Shown one piece after another: positions 1 to 13,944 of a stretch of 64,000 nucleotides of DNA. A model generated the notes under the pieces. That model was not told where the DNA came from. It was given only the letters and a program-made list of their open reading frames with translations, and searched no databases. Positions within the stretch are counted from its first letter, which is position 1; the number at the start of each line of letters is the position of its first letter. The DNA is from Antedon mediterranea (Eukaryota; Animalia; Echinodermata): positions 22,710,871-22,774,870 of the forward strand of contig NC_092676.1 of the NCBI RefSeq assembly GCF_964355755.1. Direction: 5' to 3'. The translations under genes were made by a program, and so were the position numbers.

Positions 1-298
1 TGATGCTCGCATAGCCCCCTCGTCGGGGAATGTAGCCCCCGCGTCGGGAAGATCCTGGCGCCACCCCTGCTGAGTTGGCCTCATCATGAAAGCGTTAAGT
101 TCTGGTGTCCATCGTTCAACTAGCCCAAGCCACAACAGAGAGTCTTACATCAGTCTTTAGAACGTCAAATAACGCAAATTTTTCCAGGGCCTTCGGCCCC
201 TGGACCCTGACCGGGGGCCCTTGGCGGCCCCCTGGCCCCCAGCCATTGTTGCTCGCTTCGCTCGCACCCCCCCATTATAAATGCTGCATACGGGCCTG
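1..298. repeat. GC-rich termini of two non-autonomous DNA-element-like repeats
   Basis: GC-rich blocks in AT-rich DNA ending in CCTGGCGCCACCCCTG (~54-69) and TGCATACGGGCCTG (~285-298); a similar end CTGGATCCGCCCCTG occurs at ~59728-59742. The 105..437 ORF runs through this and has no recognisable product. Confidence 0.45.
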
Positions 299-3200
299 CT
301 ATCTATCTACTTATTATACAGTAATTTATGCAATTGGATGGATGAAATTATCCAGTGTCATGTCTAATTATTATGCAAATATTCAATTAATAATAATAAT
401 AGGGATGGTTAAACGAGGATTATTAATAGAAATTTAAAGGTTAGCAATATCAAAACCACAGATGAGACTTATTATGGCTTGAGTTCTAAGAATGTATAAC
501 AGTTTATAGAACATATTACACTTTCATAAAACCATTACCTTTTCCCCTCATTGTTTGGGTTTCTATGAGAGGGAAAGATGCGTTACAATCAGATTCTTCT
601 CATGCACGCACATTTTCAGTCACAATTCTGGATACGATAAATAATTACAAGACGGCGAACTACAAGGTGACAGCTGATGATTAGTACATAAAATAATTCA
701 TCGACCACCTCATGTTTTAATCAATTTAGTCAATATTCAAGTTTACCAATTTTTAGATATAGTTATTTACTATTATTCAAAATGCAAGGTGTGTCTGGCT
801 GATCTCCCAGCCATATTGGGTATAAACCATGGTATTAGTGTACAGATTTAGGAGTTTCTGAATCCAGTACCTGAATTATTATGTAACATTATCCATTTTT
901 CTGAGGTCATAAGTTGACAATTAAAACATTGCCTTATATAAAAGTTATGTATACTGGTATTTAACAAAAAAATACTGGTAGTTGAATAATGTAGAATAAC
1001 AGCATTTTATTATCCTTTTTTTATATTTCTATATTTTCATTCATTTTTCATCTAAAGCGAAAAGCTAAATCAAGTTAAACAGCCAGAATGAGAAAGGAAA
1101 TTATGCTATCTTTCGGATAGCATTAATTATTTTATATTATAAAAACAATGAAAAATTAAAAATATATAAACTGGTTTTAAGTACAATATTTTTATTTATC
1201 ATAATGGTATAAAAATATCATTAACTGTTTTTTTCATTATGTTCTCATTTGTTTATCAGTAAAGTATTTATTACAATGAATATGAAAACATGTTAAACTG
1301 CTTTGTATCTGTTTCATTTGTTTACAGTACAGTATAGTATATCTTTGCTTGCCATAGAAAGCCTACATATAATTACTACTGGGGTGTGGTTAATTATATG
1401 CCTCTCAATCCGCGACTCTCGTTCCAGCTGGATTTCAAATGCACAACGCATGATGAAATGACGAAGAACAGCGTGTCTGACTCAATCAATGCATTGTAGC
1501 TTAAATCAATAAAATAAATATAAATTTAACAAGGCAGATAATTGTATATTGTTGACTAATGTCTAATGCAGTGGTAATTTCAAGCCGAGAGATGAGCATT
1601 ATTTCTAAGATATTAAATTAATAGTTGAATATTGTCAAGATGATATGCATAGAATATTTTATGCATAATTATATTCTTTGTATCTAAAGAGGGCGCTATA
1701 TATCTTTACCTCGCTATGATACTTATTATTATCACATATTTCCAGCTACTGTACTGTACTATTATTTAATACAGTAACTGTATTGTAGTAATCTTTTTTT
1801 TTTCGTTATGGTCTTGAGTGAAAACCTTAAGTTAACAAACATCAAAAACAAAGTAGCCTAAACTCAGACAAATAAATATTATAAATCAAAAATTATATTT
1901 CAATCAACATTTGACAAATTTAATTATTAATATCACTCAAATTAATATTTGTTATTTTAGGATTTATCTAACAGTTAAGTCAGATGTATTCTTTTTATGT
2001 TTATGGTCTTACTATTCTAGTATAGGATCAGGTTTTTGCAGGGTTGAAAAACAAGGGAGGGTGGACCCCAGAATTGTTTTCTTTCTAGAAAGCCGTTTCT
2101 GTTGAGTGGAACAGTACCCTCCTGGCTCTAAAAACTGTTACAGAAAAACCAATGTGGTTTTTTATCTATAAAATCAAAATCATGATCATTTAAATTTTCC
2201 ATTCCAAAACAGTCAAATGCTAGAAAACATTAATAAACAAGCTGTGACAATCTGGAGAGTGTTCAATTATAATAAAAGTCACATTAGTGACATTAATTGC
2301 AGATTAATATTAAAGTCATGGTTCAAGTACTTGGGTAATTGTGACTAGTGTGTATTGTATTAATTGTCAATGTCCCTCCTGTGTGTGTCCAAGGACAATT
2401 GTTTGTGTGTTAAATAAATATTAATCTTGACAGCTCTGTGATAAGTTCTATTTCATTATAGTAATTTTAACAAGGTCACAAACCAAAAACTACGAAGTAT
2501 GTTATGAAATTATAATCTTAAGCTCTGTCTACACTGACATTCAAACTAGTTTGACAACAAAAATTTTAGAAAATAGAATGCTTACTATGGAAACTGGTCT
2601 TCAAATTTGTCAATTACGATAAGAGATTTGTGTAGGCCATACCATACAGTCACGCAAATTGATGTAGTCATTACCTCAGAATTATAATTTCCAGGCAGTA
2701 GTATATTGGCTGTGTAATTAATTACATCAATAGCAAAACCAAGGTAATATCTAATGAATTCAATATTGAGATATTAAGTAAATTGTTTTACCAGGGTACA
2801 TTATTAATACAGTAGTGCCCTAGATGAAGGGCAATGCTGTTAAAGTCCAGATGACATAATATCTTTATGAACTTATTTATTAAATAGTATTTTAATAAAC
2901 TTAAGTTCTCTATATTGATAATATTTGCATATGAATATACTCAGTTATTTATAATCTCAATATTTATGAATCACTGCAAAAAAGTACAAAACCAAATGTA
3001 TATTTATATACAATCATTGGATTTTCTGGTTCTGTTTCTTCTGCAAAAAAATAACCGGTTAATAACCAGTGAATAAAATTAACCCTAATTTCTTAGGAGC
3101 AGAAACAGTACAAATTTTCAATAACCAGTTAAATGGCTGCCTGAAAATAACGGTTAAAAACACCCAATCAATTCGGTGTTAGAACGCTGTGCACCTTTTA

Positions 3201-3936
3201 GCTGAAACGTACGATTATTTGAATGACAGCTGCTGACCTAGACTGCCAGAGCCCATTGCATTTTGGGTAATGCTAACAATTTCTGTCGACGACCACCCAC
3301 TGATTTAAACATTATATAGGAGGAAAAATTTAGCAGAAATGCAGTCTATTATAAAAATTATATTTTAAATCTATTTTGAAATAAACAGTTTATTCGGTGC
3401 TATGCTGAAGAAACAGAACCTCTTTTATCAAGGATAACTTCATGCTTTCATAAAAGCACATCTTGTAACATGACATGTGGAATTATTTCTAAATAAGACT
3501 CCTCCATACTAAGTCACTCCATGGAGGATGGTCACTCATAATCAACAAGTTCTTAATGTGTCAAGAATGCACATACAGTGGAATGCCTTGCTGCATTGAC
3601 TTTATATATATATTTGTTTTTGTACTATGAGTTCTTAGATTAAGGTCTTTTTTTTTTCTTATAGATATATTATGTCATCATGGTATTCAGAACTTTTTTT
3701 ATTTCATATAGTTGTAGGAAGTTGGTATACATATTTGTGATCATATTGTTTTTGTAGGTAAGGGTTATTTGGTATTGTTTTACCGAATATATTTGAACTG
3801 ATTAATACCAATACATTTGAGAATACTTTTTGAACAATTTGTTCTTTGGGACTCTGACCTATTTTCAGACTATACAGTAGCTTGGTGTTCACATCCTATT
3901 TTATACTACTGAACTGGCCAAATATTGTTAACTTAC

Positions 3937-4700
3937 CTGGAATGTCCGGAATTGCTAACTTTTTCAGTGCCCAATAAATTAACATGAAGAAATCCTAAAA
4001 TATAGTGGCTATCAAAAAGAAATAATAAATTATACAAATAATTTTTAAAAAGATCAAATTGTACTGTAGACATCCCATTAAAAAAATACTTTTTTTAAAG
4101 CAATTGAAGAAAAAAATAAATCGTTGAAAAATTGTTCAATACGTAGCTAACAAATAGAGGTTAATTTCAATTTTTTGTATTTTAAAAGAAAAGGGCAATT
4201 TCGAATCTTAGAGAATTAACCAGGATGTTGAAGATGTTTGTTTGAATAAAATAGATGAACACAATGAGAGAGGCCTACCTACAGTTTTTAGTGCATTTTC
4301 AAATACATGGATCGATGTATATAATCGTGTATATCATTAAATCAAAATGTTATCTAATACGTTCTTACGTCGACATAATATATAATATAGGTTATCATTT
4401 TTATAAGTAAAGTACGCACTCACATGTCAAAAGAAACAGCGTCTTCATTACCAAGTAAATGTCGTCTTCAAGACATCTCCGATGAACAGGCCCGACTACA
4501 GTCCTAAATAAGACAAATTCAAAATGTACACAAACACATGGAACAATAAATAAACGTGTATTTCAATTAAAACGTATGTATAGTAAATATACAACAACCC
4601 ATCTCACCTGGCGGTTTCCACGACCCTTAAAACAACAAACACTATTAATTCGTATTTTTTACTTGACACTCCGTAACCACTCATGTACTCAGTATCTGGT
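3937..4700 (-). other. Probable 5' (UTR) exons of an unidentified minus-strand gene transcribed divergently from SIAH
   Basis: Strong minus-strand splice sites: donor CCAG|GTGAGAT at ~4607, and an internal exon ~3994-3937 bounded by TATTTTAG| and CCAG|GTAAGTT. No recognisable protein, and the rest may lie left of the window. Confidence 0.35.
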
Positions 4701-5858
4701 TGACGAAGTAAAATTAGGTTATACCATTACAATTGAGGGGTTCAGATGTTTGTTTCTGTTCTGCCATAATGCGAGATAAACTAACAATCAGCTATTCATT
4801 GAGTGTGCTAATTAAAACAAAATACAACTGAATTTTTGTATTACTGGTAATTTAAAACACATGGTGAATAATGAGAAAACAAACAAATATAATAGTACAT
4901 ATTATAATTGATACACATACTATTCAGATGGTAAGTTCTATGACGTCTTTTTCCACAACTGGCTGTTTTTCGCGGATCGTTTATCACAAATATTTCACAA
5001 AGTGCGATAATTTGGTGGTTCGACTCGATCAGGCCAATGTAAAGCATAGGATAATTGGTTATTTATTACTACACTTTACGTATAGGGCGAAAATAACAAC
5101 AAGCAGGAGACCTTGATGATCGTGTAATAGGTAAGAAATAATTCTTTTAAATTCGTATTATTTTAATTTTTGAGCGGATATTGTAGTTATATAAATAAAT
5201 GAGATATCATTCTCCAATGGACTCGAGTATTTTTGGGTGTTTAATATGCATTAACAACCAATAATCTACGGTGTAAAATTACACCATCAAGCCAGAACGG
5301 AAGGCTGATCAAGCAAAAACAGAAGAGTTGATGCGTGTTGAACGTCTTCTCCGCCGCGTATTAGTTTTGATAGACCCGCCCAACAACATATTTGCCTGCG
5401 GCCTAGGCATAACAGCGGATGACTCAGAATTCAATCAAACTGACTTTCCGACCTAGCCTAGGCCTAGATTACGTATAGTAAAACGTGATGATAAATTTAG
5501 AATTAAATGTATCAATATTCCTGCAAAAAGTTGAAAATCTAGGAAATTATATTATTTAAATATATTAATTATATTGTGTCCCTTTTTTCACATTAGCCGG
5601 CCTAGCTAGTACTAAGTAGTATGACTACTGTAGGATGTAGGCCTAGAAACTAGTGTCAGTGATCTTGCTTGTTGTACAATATATGTAGTATTGATTAGAC
5701 GAGTCTTTAATTTTATTTATAAGATGCTGATTGATATACTGTATTCATTGTCTGTAGAGGTATTGTAAAGTATGATGGTATGAGATTATATCACCTCACA
5801 TACAGTATTATAGCATTCCACTGTATAACACTACTTTGTTGCTTACAGGTTATGAACC

Positions 5859-8444
5859 ATGAGTCGTCAACAAGCTGTGGCAAGTGCTAAGGCTCGAAGC
5901 CACACACCGACCACTAATCAGGATCTTGCAAGTCTCTTTGAATGTCCAGTCTGCTTCGATTATGTCTTGCCACCTATTTTACAGTGTCAGAGCGGCCATC
6001 TTGTCTGCTCCACCTGCAGACCAAAATTGAATTGTTGTCCAACATGTAGAGGACCTTTAGGTAAGTAACAAGATGCAAAGCCATATCCTTTTCATCTCCC
6101 TACCTAATGTGAACAAAAAATCAGGAAAGACAAAAATAAATATAATAAATTTTAACCTTACATTGTAAATTATCACATTGTGCATGATTATTTTAAAATT
6201 ATAAAATAATGATTGATAAAATAGGTACTGTTACTAGTGTTATGCACTTGTCAATTGTATGACCCACTATACGACCCCCGGGAGAGGTGCGTCATTTGTC
6301 CGATGTGCGTCGACCTTTGAATACCATGAAGCACACAGGCGTAAAAAATGTGACTTACTTTTAGGTGACCATGACGCACCCATTTTGACGCACTGTGACC
6401 ATGTTGTTTATGATATGGTGGGTGGTAAAGTGACGGACGTCGACACACCTTGTTCATTGATGCGACGTACCATCTAGGTTATTTGACGCACCCCTGCGTC
6501 AGTAATTATTTGTAAATTACGCACCCATGACGCACCTCTCCCGGGGGTCGTATAGTGGGTCATACAATTGACAAGTGCATTAGTTAAGTTGGATTTACCT
6601 TAGAATTGTAGAATTGCATTTCATGTGCATTTTACTTATTTTGAATTCATTGAAAATTTGAATTGAATAATTTCATTGTACAAATATGTATTAACTCTTC
6701 TTTTTCTGTGAACCCTTGCAGGCAGTATACGAAATTTAGCAATGGAAAAAGTTGCACAAACAGTCATGTTTCCCTGTAAATATGCTTCATCAGGTTGCCT
6801 GGCAACCATGCCACACACTGAGAAGCCAGACCACGAGGAAGCGTGTGAATTCCGGCCATATTCCTGTCCGTGTCCAGGGGCTTCGTGCAAGTGGCAAGGA
6901 TCTTTAGATCAAGTTATGCCACACCTTATGCATTCACACAAAAGCATCACAACGTTGCAAGGTGGGTAGCATCCATTATCATCATTGGGAATGTTGTGGT
7001 TGCATAATAAAGAATGGGTTATTCCATTTCAGTTAGACGCCAAGAAAAAAAATTAAAATTAGGCGCCAGAATGGAATAGAGGTTACTGTGGAGGTACTGA
7101 TTGGTTGATTTCCAGCAGCCATGTTGAATGGAAACATTGTCATAGTGGAAAGCATTGGCACGTTAACTAATATGGTACTGTACACTATTAAAAAGAGCAG
7201 CGAATTGTCTCCCAATGTGCTGCTCACGGCTCTCTTTACTTTGGGCCCTTTAGCAGAACATTCTGAAGAAAAAAGTAATATGAACAAGAAATAAATAAAT
7301 ATACACTTTGTTGTGTCTCCTTTGAAGGATCTTTCACAAATGTTCCAGTCTGCCGCCGTCAAATAGAATAGAACGTCAATGTTTCGTTTTCACACGCCTA
7401 TGTGCATATAGATTGGTGCATAGCTCATACAGTTTCATAAAATGAAACATTGGATTTGGTGTGAAAGACCCTTTATGGAGGTTCTACCGTACTACCTGAA
7501 AAAAGCCTTCATGTATTATATGAAAAATATGAATAACATTTTTGATATTCTTTTCTTAGGTGAAGATATAGTATTCTTAGCAACAGATATTAATCTACCA
7601 GGAGCAGTTGATTGGGTGATGATGCAATCCTGCTTTGGGCATCATTTTATGCTAGTGCTTGAAAAACAAGAAAAGTATGATGGTCTCCAGCAGTTCTTTG
7701 CAATAGTTCAACTGATAGGATCAAGAAAACAGGCAGAGAGTTTTGCATACAGGTAGTCAATGCTATGATGCCATATTAATTGTTATATCTACATCATCAT
7801 AAACATTCTTGTTGTCATTATTTATATGGCCAAGCATTGTCCCAGGGGTTTTTGGTACAAAAAGTGGTTTAAATTAGAATAGGGTTAATTCTTATGCCAA
7901 TATTTAGCCTAAAGCTCTGTCTACACTACTATCAAAGTAGTTTTACAAAGTATGATGTGCCCAAATATGGCAGTGATTTGCCTAAATATGGTAGTGATAT
8001 CATGTCCATATATGGGCACATCTTGGACACATTTTTTGTCACATAAATTTGATAGTGTAGACAGAGGTTAAGTTAGAGGGTGGGATTATACTGAGAAAAT
8101 TGAATCTGTTGGAAGTTGTACTCATAAATGTAATCTGTTATTTGTTTTTTTGTTGTCAGTGCTACAAAAAATGGGTTTATCATCTGAATAGAAATCCCTT
8201 ATTTGTCAAGTCATTGTTCTTCGATTTGAATTACAAACATGATCAAATCTTTTCTACGTCTCTTAGATTGGAATTAAATGGTCATCGTAGACGATTATCG
8301 TGGGAGGCCACGCCTCGATCCATCCACGAAGGAGTTCAAGCAGCCATAATGAACAGTGACTGCTTAGTGTTTGATTCAAGCATTGCTCAACTCTTTGCCG
8401 AAAATGGAAACCTTGGAATCAATGTGACTATTTCCATGTGCTGA
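5859..8444 (+). CDS. SIAH1: E3 ubiquitin-protein ligase SIAH (seven in absentia homolog), 270 aa; exons 5859-6060, 6722-6961, 7560-7752, 8267-8444
   Basis: RING ([53 protein letters not shown]), SIAH zinc fingers and substrate-binding domain ([30 protein letters not shown]...[13 protein letters not shown]). All introns are GT-AG and in frame. A likely 5'UTR exon donor lies at 5130/5131. Confidence 0.97.
6243..6579. mobile_element. MITE with ~53-bp perfect terminal inverted repeats and TTA target-site duplication (PIF/Harbinger, Tourist-like) in SIAH coding intron 1
   Basis: TGCACTTGTCAATTGTATGACCCACTATACGACCCCCGGGAGAGGTGCGTCAT at the left end and its exact reverse complement at the right end; TTA at 6240-6242 and 6580-6582. 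Confidence 0.9.
7913..8068. mobile_element. ~150-bp MITE family A (TIR AGCTCTGTCTACACTATCAAA), in SIAH intron 3
   Basis: Inverted termini AGCTCTGTCTACAC...GTGTAGACAGAGGT and internal GATGTGCCCA(A/T)ATATG repeats; same family at 18655, 45135, 58219, with a partial copy at ~2520. Confidence 0.85.
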
Positions 8445-8984
8445 TTAATTTATTTGTATAATTTATTTATATTTTCTTTAGATTCAAGTTTATAATAAGG
8501 GCTGGCACACTAAAGTAGTTGTGTTTGTCAATCAGTCAAAGTGGTATTGACCCAGTACTAGCCAATGTGTAGGAAAAACTTGTACAGACTAGCCAGCTTG
8601 GTGCCTGGTTGTCTAGGCATGTTTTGGGCCTGTACTGCTTAACAGCAGCACAATGTAATGTAGGCTAGGTAACTTGCGCAGTAGTCTAGTTTAGCGAAGC
8701 CTGAACAATAGTACTAGGCTCAGGTCAAATGCTTGCAAGTATGTTACTAGGGCCCAGAACTGAAAGGCGCAATAACATGCATTTGCAAGGTCGCGGATAA
8801 GCTGCTATTGGATACTGCATTTTGGTATATGATGTTATTCAACTCTACACCAAACTGAGACATACAATAAACACAGTAAAAGTGTATATAGATATATATG
8901 CATGCATAATTTCAGAAGCAAAATCAAAGCCTACCTACCTAATATGATTAAGCCTATACAATATATGTATTAGCTTACCTACAA

Positions 8985-9150
8985 AATATAGGTCAGCCTA
9001 CCTACCCAGTAGTTGCCTTAGGTCATCCAACTTACCCAGTAGTTGCCTTAGGTCAGCCTACCTGTCCAGTAATCAGTAGGTAAACCTACCTACCCAGTAG
9101 TCAATAGGTAAAGCTACCTACCCAGTAGTCAGTATAGGTCAGCCTACTTA
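8985..9150 (+). repeat. Degenerate ~29-30 bp minisatellite downstream of SIAH
   Basis: About 5 units of CCTACCTACCCAGTAGT...TAGGTCAG. Confidence 0.75.
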
Positions 9151-12100
9151 CAAAGCAAAAAATATAGGAAAGCATACAATAACATAACCAGTGGCCAACA
9201 CTGTACCCAGTTTCAGCAATAGGTTCAACCTATACCTACTACTGGAAATAGGTCTTATAATTCAAGCCTACGTAAGCCCCAAAATTAACTGGGTTGTTTA
9301 TGGAATGATTAAGCCTAGTTAACAACTAAAAAATACTACAGTAAGCCACTAATGTACATTGGGGTAAAATAATATTACAAATTCTCTTCACAACTTGTAA
9401 GTATATTGTTGTATATAGTATTATATTAAGAGCGAAATGAATTTTTTTTGTACATTTTTTGGGGGCTTTGTGAAGTTTATGGGTTTTTAAATAATGATAT
9501 TTTTCTCCTCAACGTTATTGTATGTGTTGTATGAAGTTATTGTGTCAGCACATGCAAATAGGACGTTAAATAGTGTTTGTTATAGAACATGGGTCTAATT
9601 ATAGAAAAAATCCTGAATGTAGTCATACTTTATGATTGGAAGACAATCCTGAAAAAGTGTTGTAAATTAGAAGTGTTCATTCTGTTTAATGTCCCTGAAA
9701 AATGGCATTTCCAATTGTATATATAATTTGTACCTTTACGGAAAAAGAAACAACCACCGGAAAGAATTTGAATCCCTAATTTTATAATGGAATCTACCTT
9801 TTTAGATATGTAATTTGTTACAAAACAATAAGTGAATTTAAAGTTATTATCTGCAGGCATTTTGAATTTTTTTTGCCAGCTCAATTATAGATGACAAAAT
9901 GTTTTTTTTACAAATCGACATTTAGAACCTAGGTAGATTGAACTACTGAAAACAAAAATGAGATTAGCCTACTACCTTATTTGTATGACCTTACATTACC
10001 ACCAACCTTTTCCTCAAAAGCTGGTGATTTACACTAGAATACACTTTTTAGGCCTACTAAGTAGCACATAATTAGCGCAATGTTTATTCATTAATAATAC
10101 TTAATTTTAGGTTGTGTTTCTGTTGAATATCATAGAACCTATATTACAGTACCTTCATGACCCAACAAAGTGTACGCACATTTAGAGGTGCTTCATGAAT
10201 AGGGGTTGACTGTAGTGTTAAAACATATGTTTACCCTTGTTTGATGAGGAGAGAGATTTACTGTAACCAGTTTAGTTGAGTTAATATCTTTTGATATCAA
10301 AAGCAGAACTGAAATAACTCGTCAAATCACTGGCATACCTGTCACTTAACCTCAATCCAAATAACTGTTGCTAACAGTTGCGCAACAAAAACCAGTAATA
10401 CATGCAATCGTTTGGAATTTATTGACCATTGTTTTTTAAATGTCATTCAACTCGTTATTTGAAATTTATCCAGTTTTCTCTGGAGGTAAAAATTAATGTT
10501 ATTTGTTCACGCACTATAGTATTTTTAAATACTTAAAAGCGGTTATTATCTGTCTTAATACTTGCTTTTAACTTGGGGAAAATCTAATGCAAGTTTCTAA
10601 ATAGTTTTGCCATTCAAACTAGTATGGGTTATGTACAGTATCATACTATAAATACATACTATCGAGATAGGATTATATGATGTATGTCAAATGCTATCAC
10701 GATGGCCTGTTTGTCAGTATTGTATCTATAGTTGATAGTGCAGTACCATACTTTGTAGTTATAATATGTGGTGTTACAGTATGTAAATCATCAAATATTT
10801 CTCTGTATAAGAGTCAACATATTAATTTTTCACATGAAAATTGTAATACATAAGATAGGTAGCATAGAACCGGGACCCATGTAGGAATTTTCAATGTGTG
10901 TGAGCTAAGGTTTATGTATAATAGCCTAGAATAACAACTTCATTGTCATTTTCATACACTTTGTCTAAAGATATATAGTCATCCTGAAAAAATAATTTGT
11001 TAAACGTTTTTGTTGAATTTGCCATTTTATGGTCATATAATAGTTATTCACTATTCACCAAAAATTGGATGAAAAAAAATGATTTACCTGCTGAAAAAAC
11101 TGTAACTTAAGGCAAGAGAATTTAACCATTATTTTTAAGTGCCTGACATTGACAAACTTATATGTTTAGTTTTTTTCTGTAAAAATGACACATTGCTCTA
11201 ACTACAAAAATGGCCTATTCAAAGTTTGATTTTATTAATCTTCATTTTTCATATTTTGGGGGACAATACATCTTTAAAAAGGGCTAGAACCGGAAAACAA
11301 AATTTCATATGAGTTTATAAACACATTTGCTGTTTTCAATTATACCACGATACGTTTAACGTTTTTTCGTCCATGTCAAACTGAAGGTCTACTGTTTTAT
11401 ATTAAATACTACGTATTATACAGTACAGTAACATACCTTCAGTTTAAAAGAGCGTTATTGCGCTATACAGTGGCGAGTAATACCTTATGAAATGCATGCT
11501 AAAGTTTACAGATATGATTTATCTGTAATAATATCTCAAATCAATGTGAACAATGCATGTTGGTATCAAACCGTCTAGCAGTGACGATAAGAACTATCAA
11601 TATGAATATGATTAATAACTTTAGTTTATAACTTGTGGTTTGTTAATTAATAAGCATTGGACTTCCCGTGTCTTCCTCTAATTAACGACAATAGTTTTAG
11701 GACGGTTTTTATTTTATTACAATTTTTTTTAAAAAATAAAATGTTTCGTGCAAGAGGCGCGGCCAACTCATCATCATAACTACAATCTTATTGATTTTAG
11801 AGGCTTGTAAATGTAGGTTTCGTTTACACTGGCGGATCCTGGAGTTTGAAATGGGTCTAAAAATGTCAACTAAATTAATGTCCTATCTTTTGCATTATAC
11901 TGTTTAGGAAATCCAGGCCGGCTGTTCACCCCTACCGCACCCTTCTTAATTAATTGAGTAGTTTATTTAGTAGGTCTAGGGTATTTGATAATGGAATTTT
12001 AGTTTTTTGGTGAGTCTTTAGTTTTTGGGTCTTGAATTGGAATGATCATTGATTTTTAGGGTCTTTAAGTAGAGGTGTATTTCATTGGATTTATATTTCT

Positions 12101-13029
12101 GTTCGATTTCGTAATACTATATTCATTTATGATGTTTGGTGAACCATCTTATGTACTTGTATTGTCCTTAAATGTAAAAAAAGACATCCCAAATAAAAAT
12201 TTATTGTATTAAGATAACATATTTAATTTATGAAAATAATAGTTTTATCAAATAGGTATTGAAAATTCCAGAAAATTTATTTACTTTTGACATTTCTGTT
12301 TTTTACATTTTGTATTGTTGTAAATTGTGTAGAAATAAGTATATGTTAACCCAAATTAAATTATCACTATTTTGATTTTCCGAGATTTAGTGGAGGCAAA
12401 TGTCCACATGCGTCATGAGTTATTACGTGCTCTACATGGCCATCTTATATAATAAATTTTGCTGTAAAAAATATACAATATCGGTAACAAACAACTGTAA
12501 ATTCGACTACCGTCATTGGAGCAAAGATAAATTAAATTCCACTTATTACTTAAAAAGTATTTATATAAACCGTTTTATTTATTTGCTATACCATGCGTTG
12601 TAGCCTATATTTCATGGGTACAGACACCAGCCAATTATAATATTTACAGTATTGTGTTAACATGACATTTATTATTGTATTTGAATGTAGGCCTCCTATA
12701 ACCAATTATGTTGTGCTTGGCGTTGGGTACGAGTCGTACTTTTAATTTTAGGCCTATGTTTGTATTGATTATACTCATATAGACATTCAATGAACTCGGA
12801 ACTGTTTATAATAATTATGATGGTTATTAAAAGTAAATGGCATAACATGAAACCAGTTTAAACTTCTTATTTGCAGTTTTGTAACTGTGTAAACTACGGA
12901 CTCGGAGTAGTGTAATAACGAAAAGGAACCTTATTCAGTAGAGAATATATTACGTAATAATGGAATCGGACTATAGCATTTGAAACCATGCAAGCAGTTT
13001 GTGCCATAATAGATGATAAACTGTCTTTG

Positions 13030-13305
13030 CCTCGTTCTTCCAATGGGACGTAAAGCCGTTGGTCCTGTCAAAATATCGCGAATTCCTGTAAAATCGTCTC
13101 AAACACATAACATACATCGATTTCGATCGAAATCGGTTTCCTGTACTGTCGAAACATACTTACGATAAATCGATGTAACGAAACTGGATTTTTTACGTCG
13201 ACAGAAAACCAATCTTAACTTATTTAGGCCTGTAGTGTTTGTGCACGATAAAGAAAGAACACTATTCGAAAAGAGTGGGAGATCGTCTCCCGTTGTGTTG
13301 GCACT
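13030..13305 (+). mobile_element. Deu/Nin-domain SINE remnant interrupted by an insertion
   Basis: GGGACGTAAAGCCGTTGGTCCTGT ... GCACGATAAAGAA..ACTATTCGAAAAGAGTGGG..TCTCCCGTTGTGTTGGC resembles, from memory, the conserved Deu/Nin core of AmnSINE1-type SINEs. Confidence 0.55.
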
Positions 13306-13944
13306 TTAATGTGACTGACATTAATCATCTGGATCTAATCTGAATTTCATGACAAAGAACAGATAGTAGAATAGATCATGTTTTACATTTACATGACAAT
13401 ATATTATTTGAACACGTACATCGTGCCTCAAATCCATCGCGCATGATGCACAACGGATTTGTGCAACACGCTATAGTGTAATATTGAACAAAATTCCGTA
13501 GAACTATACGGGCATAAAATATAAAAATGAACAATTTCAACCTCGAGTAACCGACAACGAAAAGAACATGAGCTGCTTCTTTCAAGTTTAGTTAAAATAA
13601 CCTTTGTCATTGCGAAACACGTTCACTTATTTATTTTCCCATCGATCATTAACAAGTCAAACTAAGAATTTTCTAGAGTTTATCTTGACGGACAACCTAT
13701 TATTTGCGTTGATAAACATTTTCTGTGCGTCTGACGTCTATTGATATTAGATACGACCGATAAAGGTACACCTCATGTCCCTTTTTGTTCCTACATATCT
13801 TGTGACCACTGTTGTTACATCTGTAGATGAAAATAACATTCATTTTGTTGGTGGACAGTTGTGGTAGACAAAGAAACACCATCCTTTTGTGAAGTTCAGC
13901 GACAATATTTGTAATTTTTAGATCGATTGCAACCTTTAGCAAAA

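Noticed and set aside
105-437. 110-aa ORF
   Set aside because: Non-ATG start, runs through a GC-rich repeat end into AT-rich DNA, and has no recognisable domain.
6251-6477. Overlapping ORFs on both strands in SIAH intron 1
   Set aside because: Wholly inside a MITE; no transposase motifs.
9200-12900. Long gene-free AT-rich stretch
   Set aside because: No consistent exon chain or structured repeat found by eye; probably SIAH 3'UTR plus intergenic DNA.
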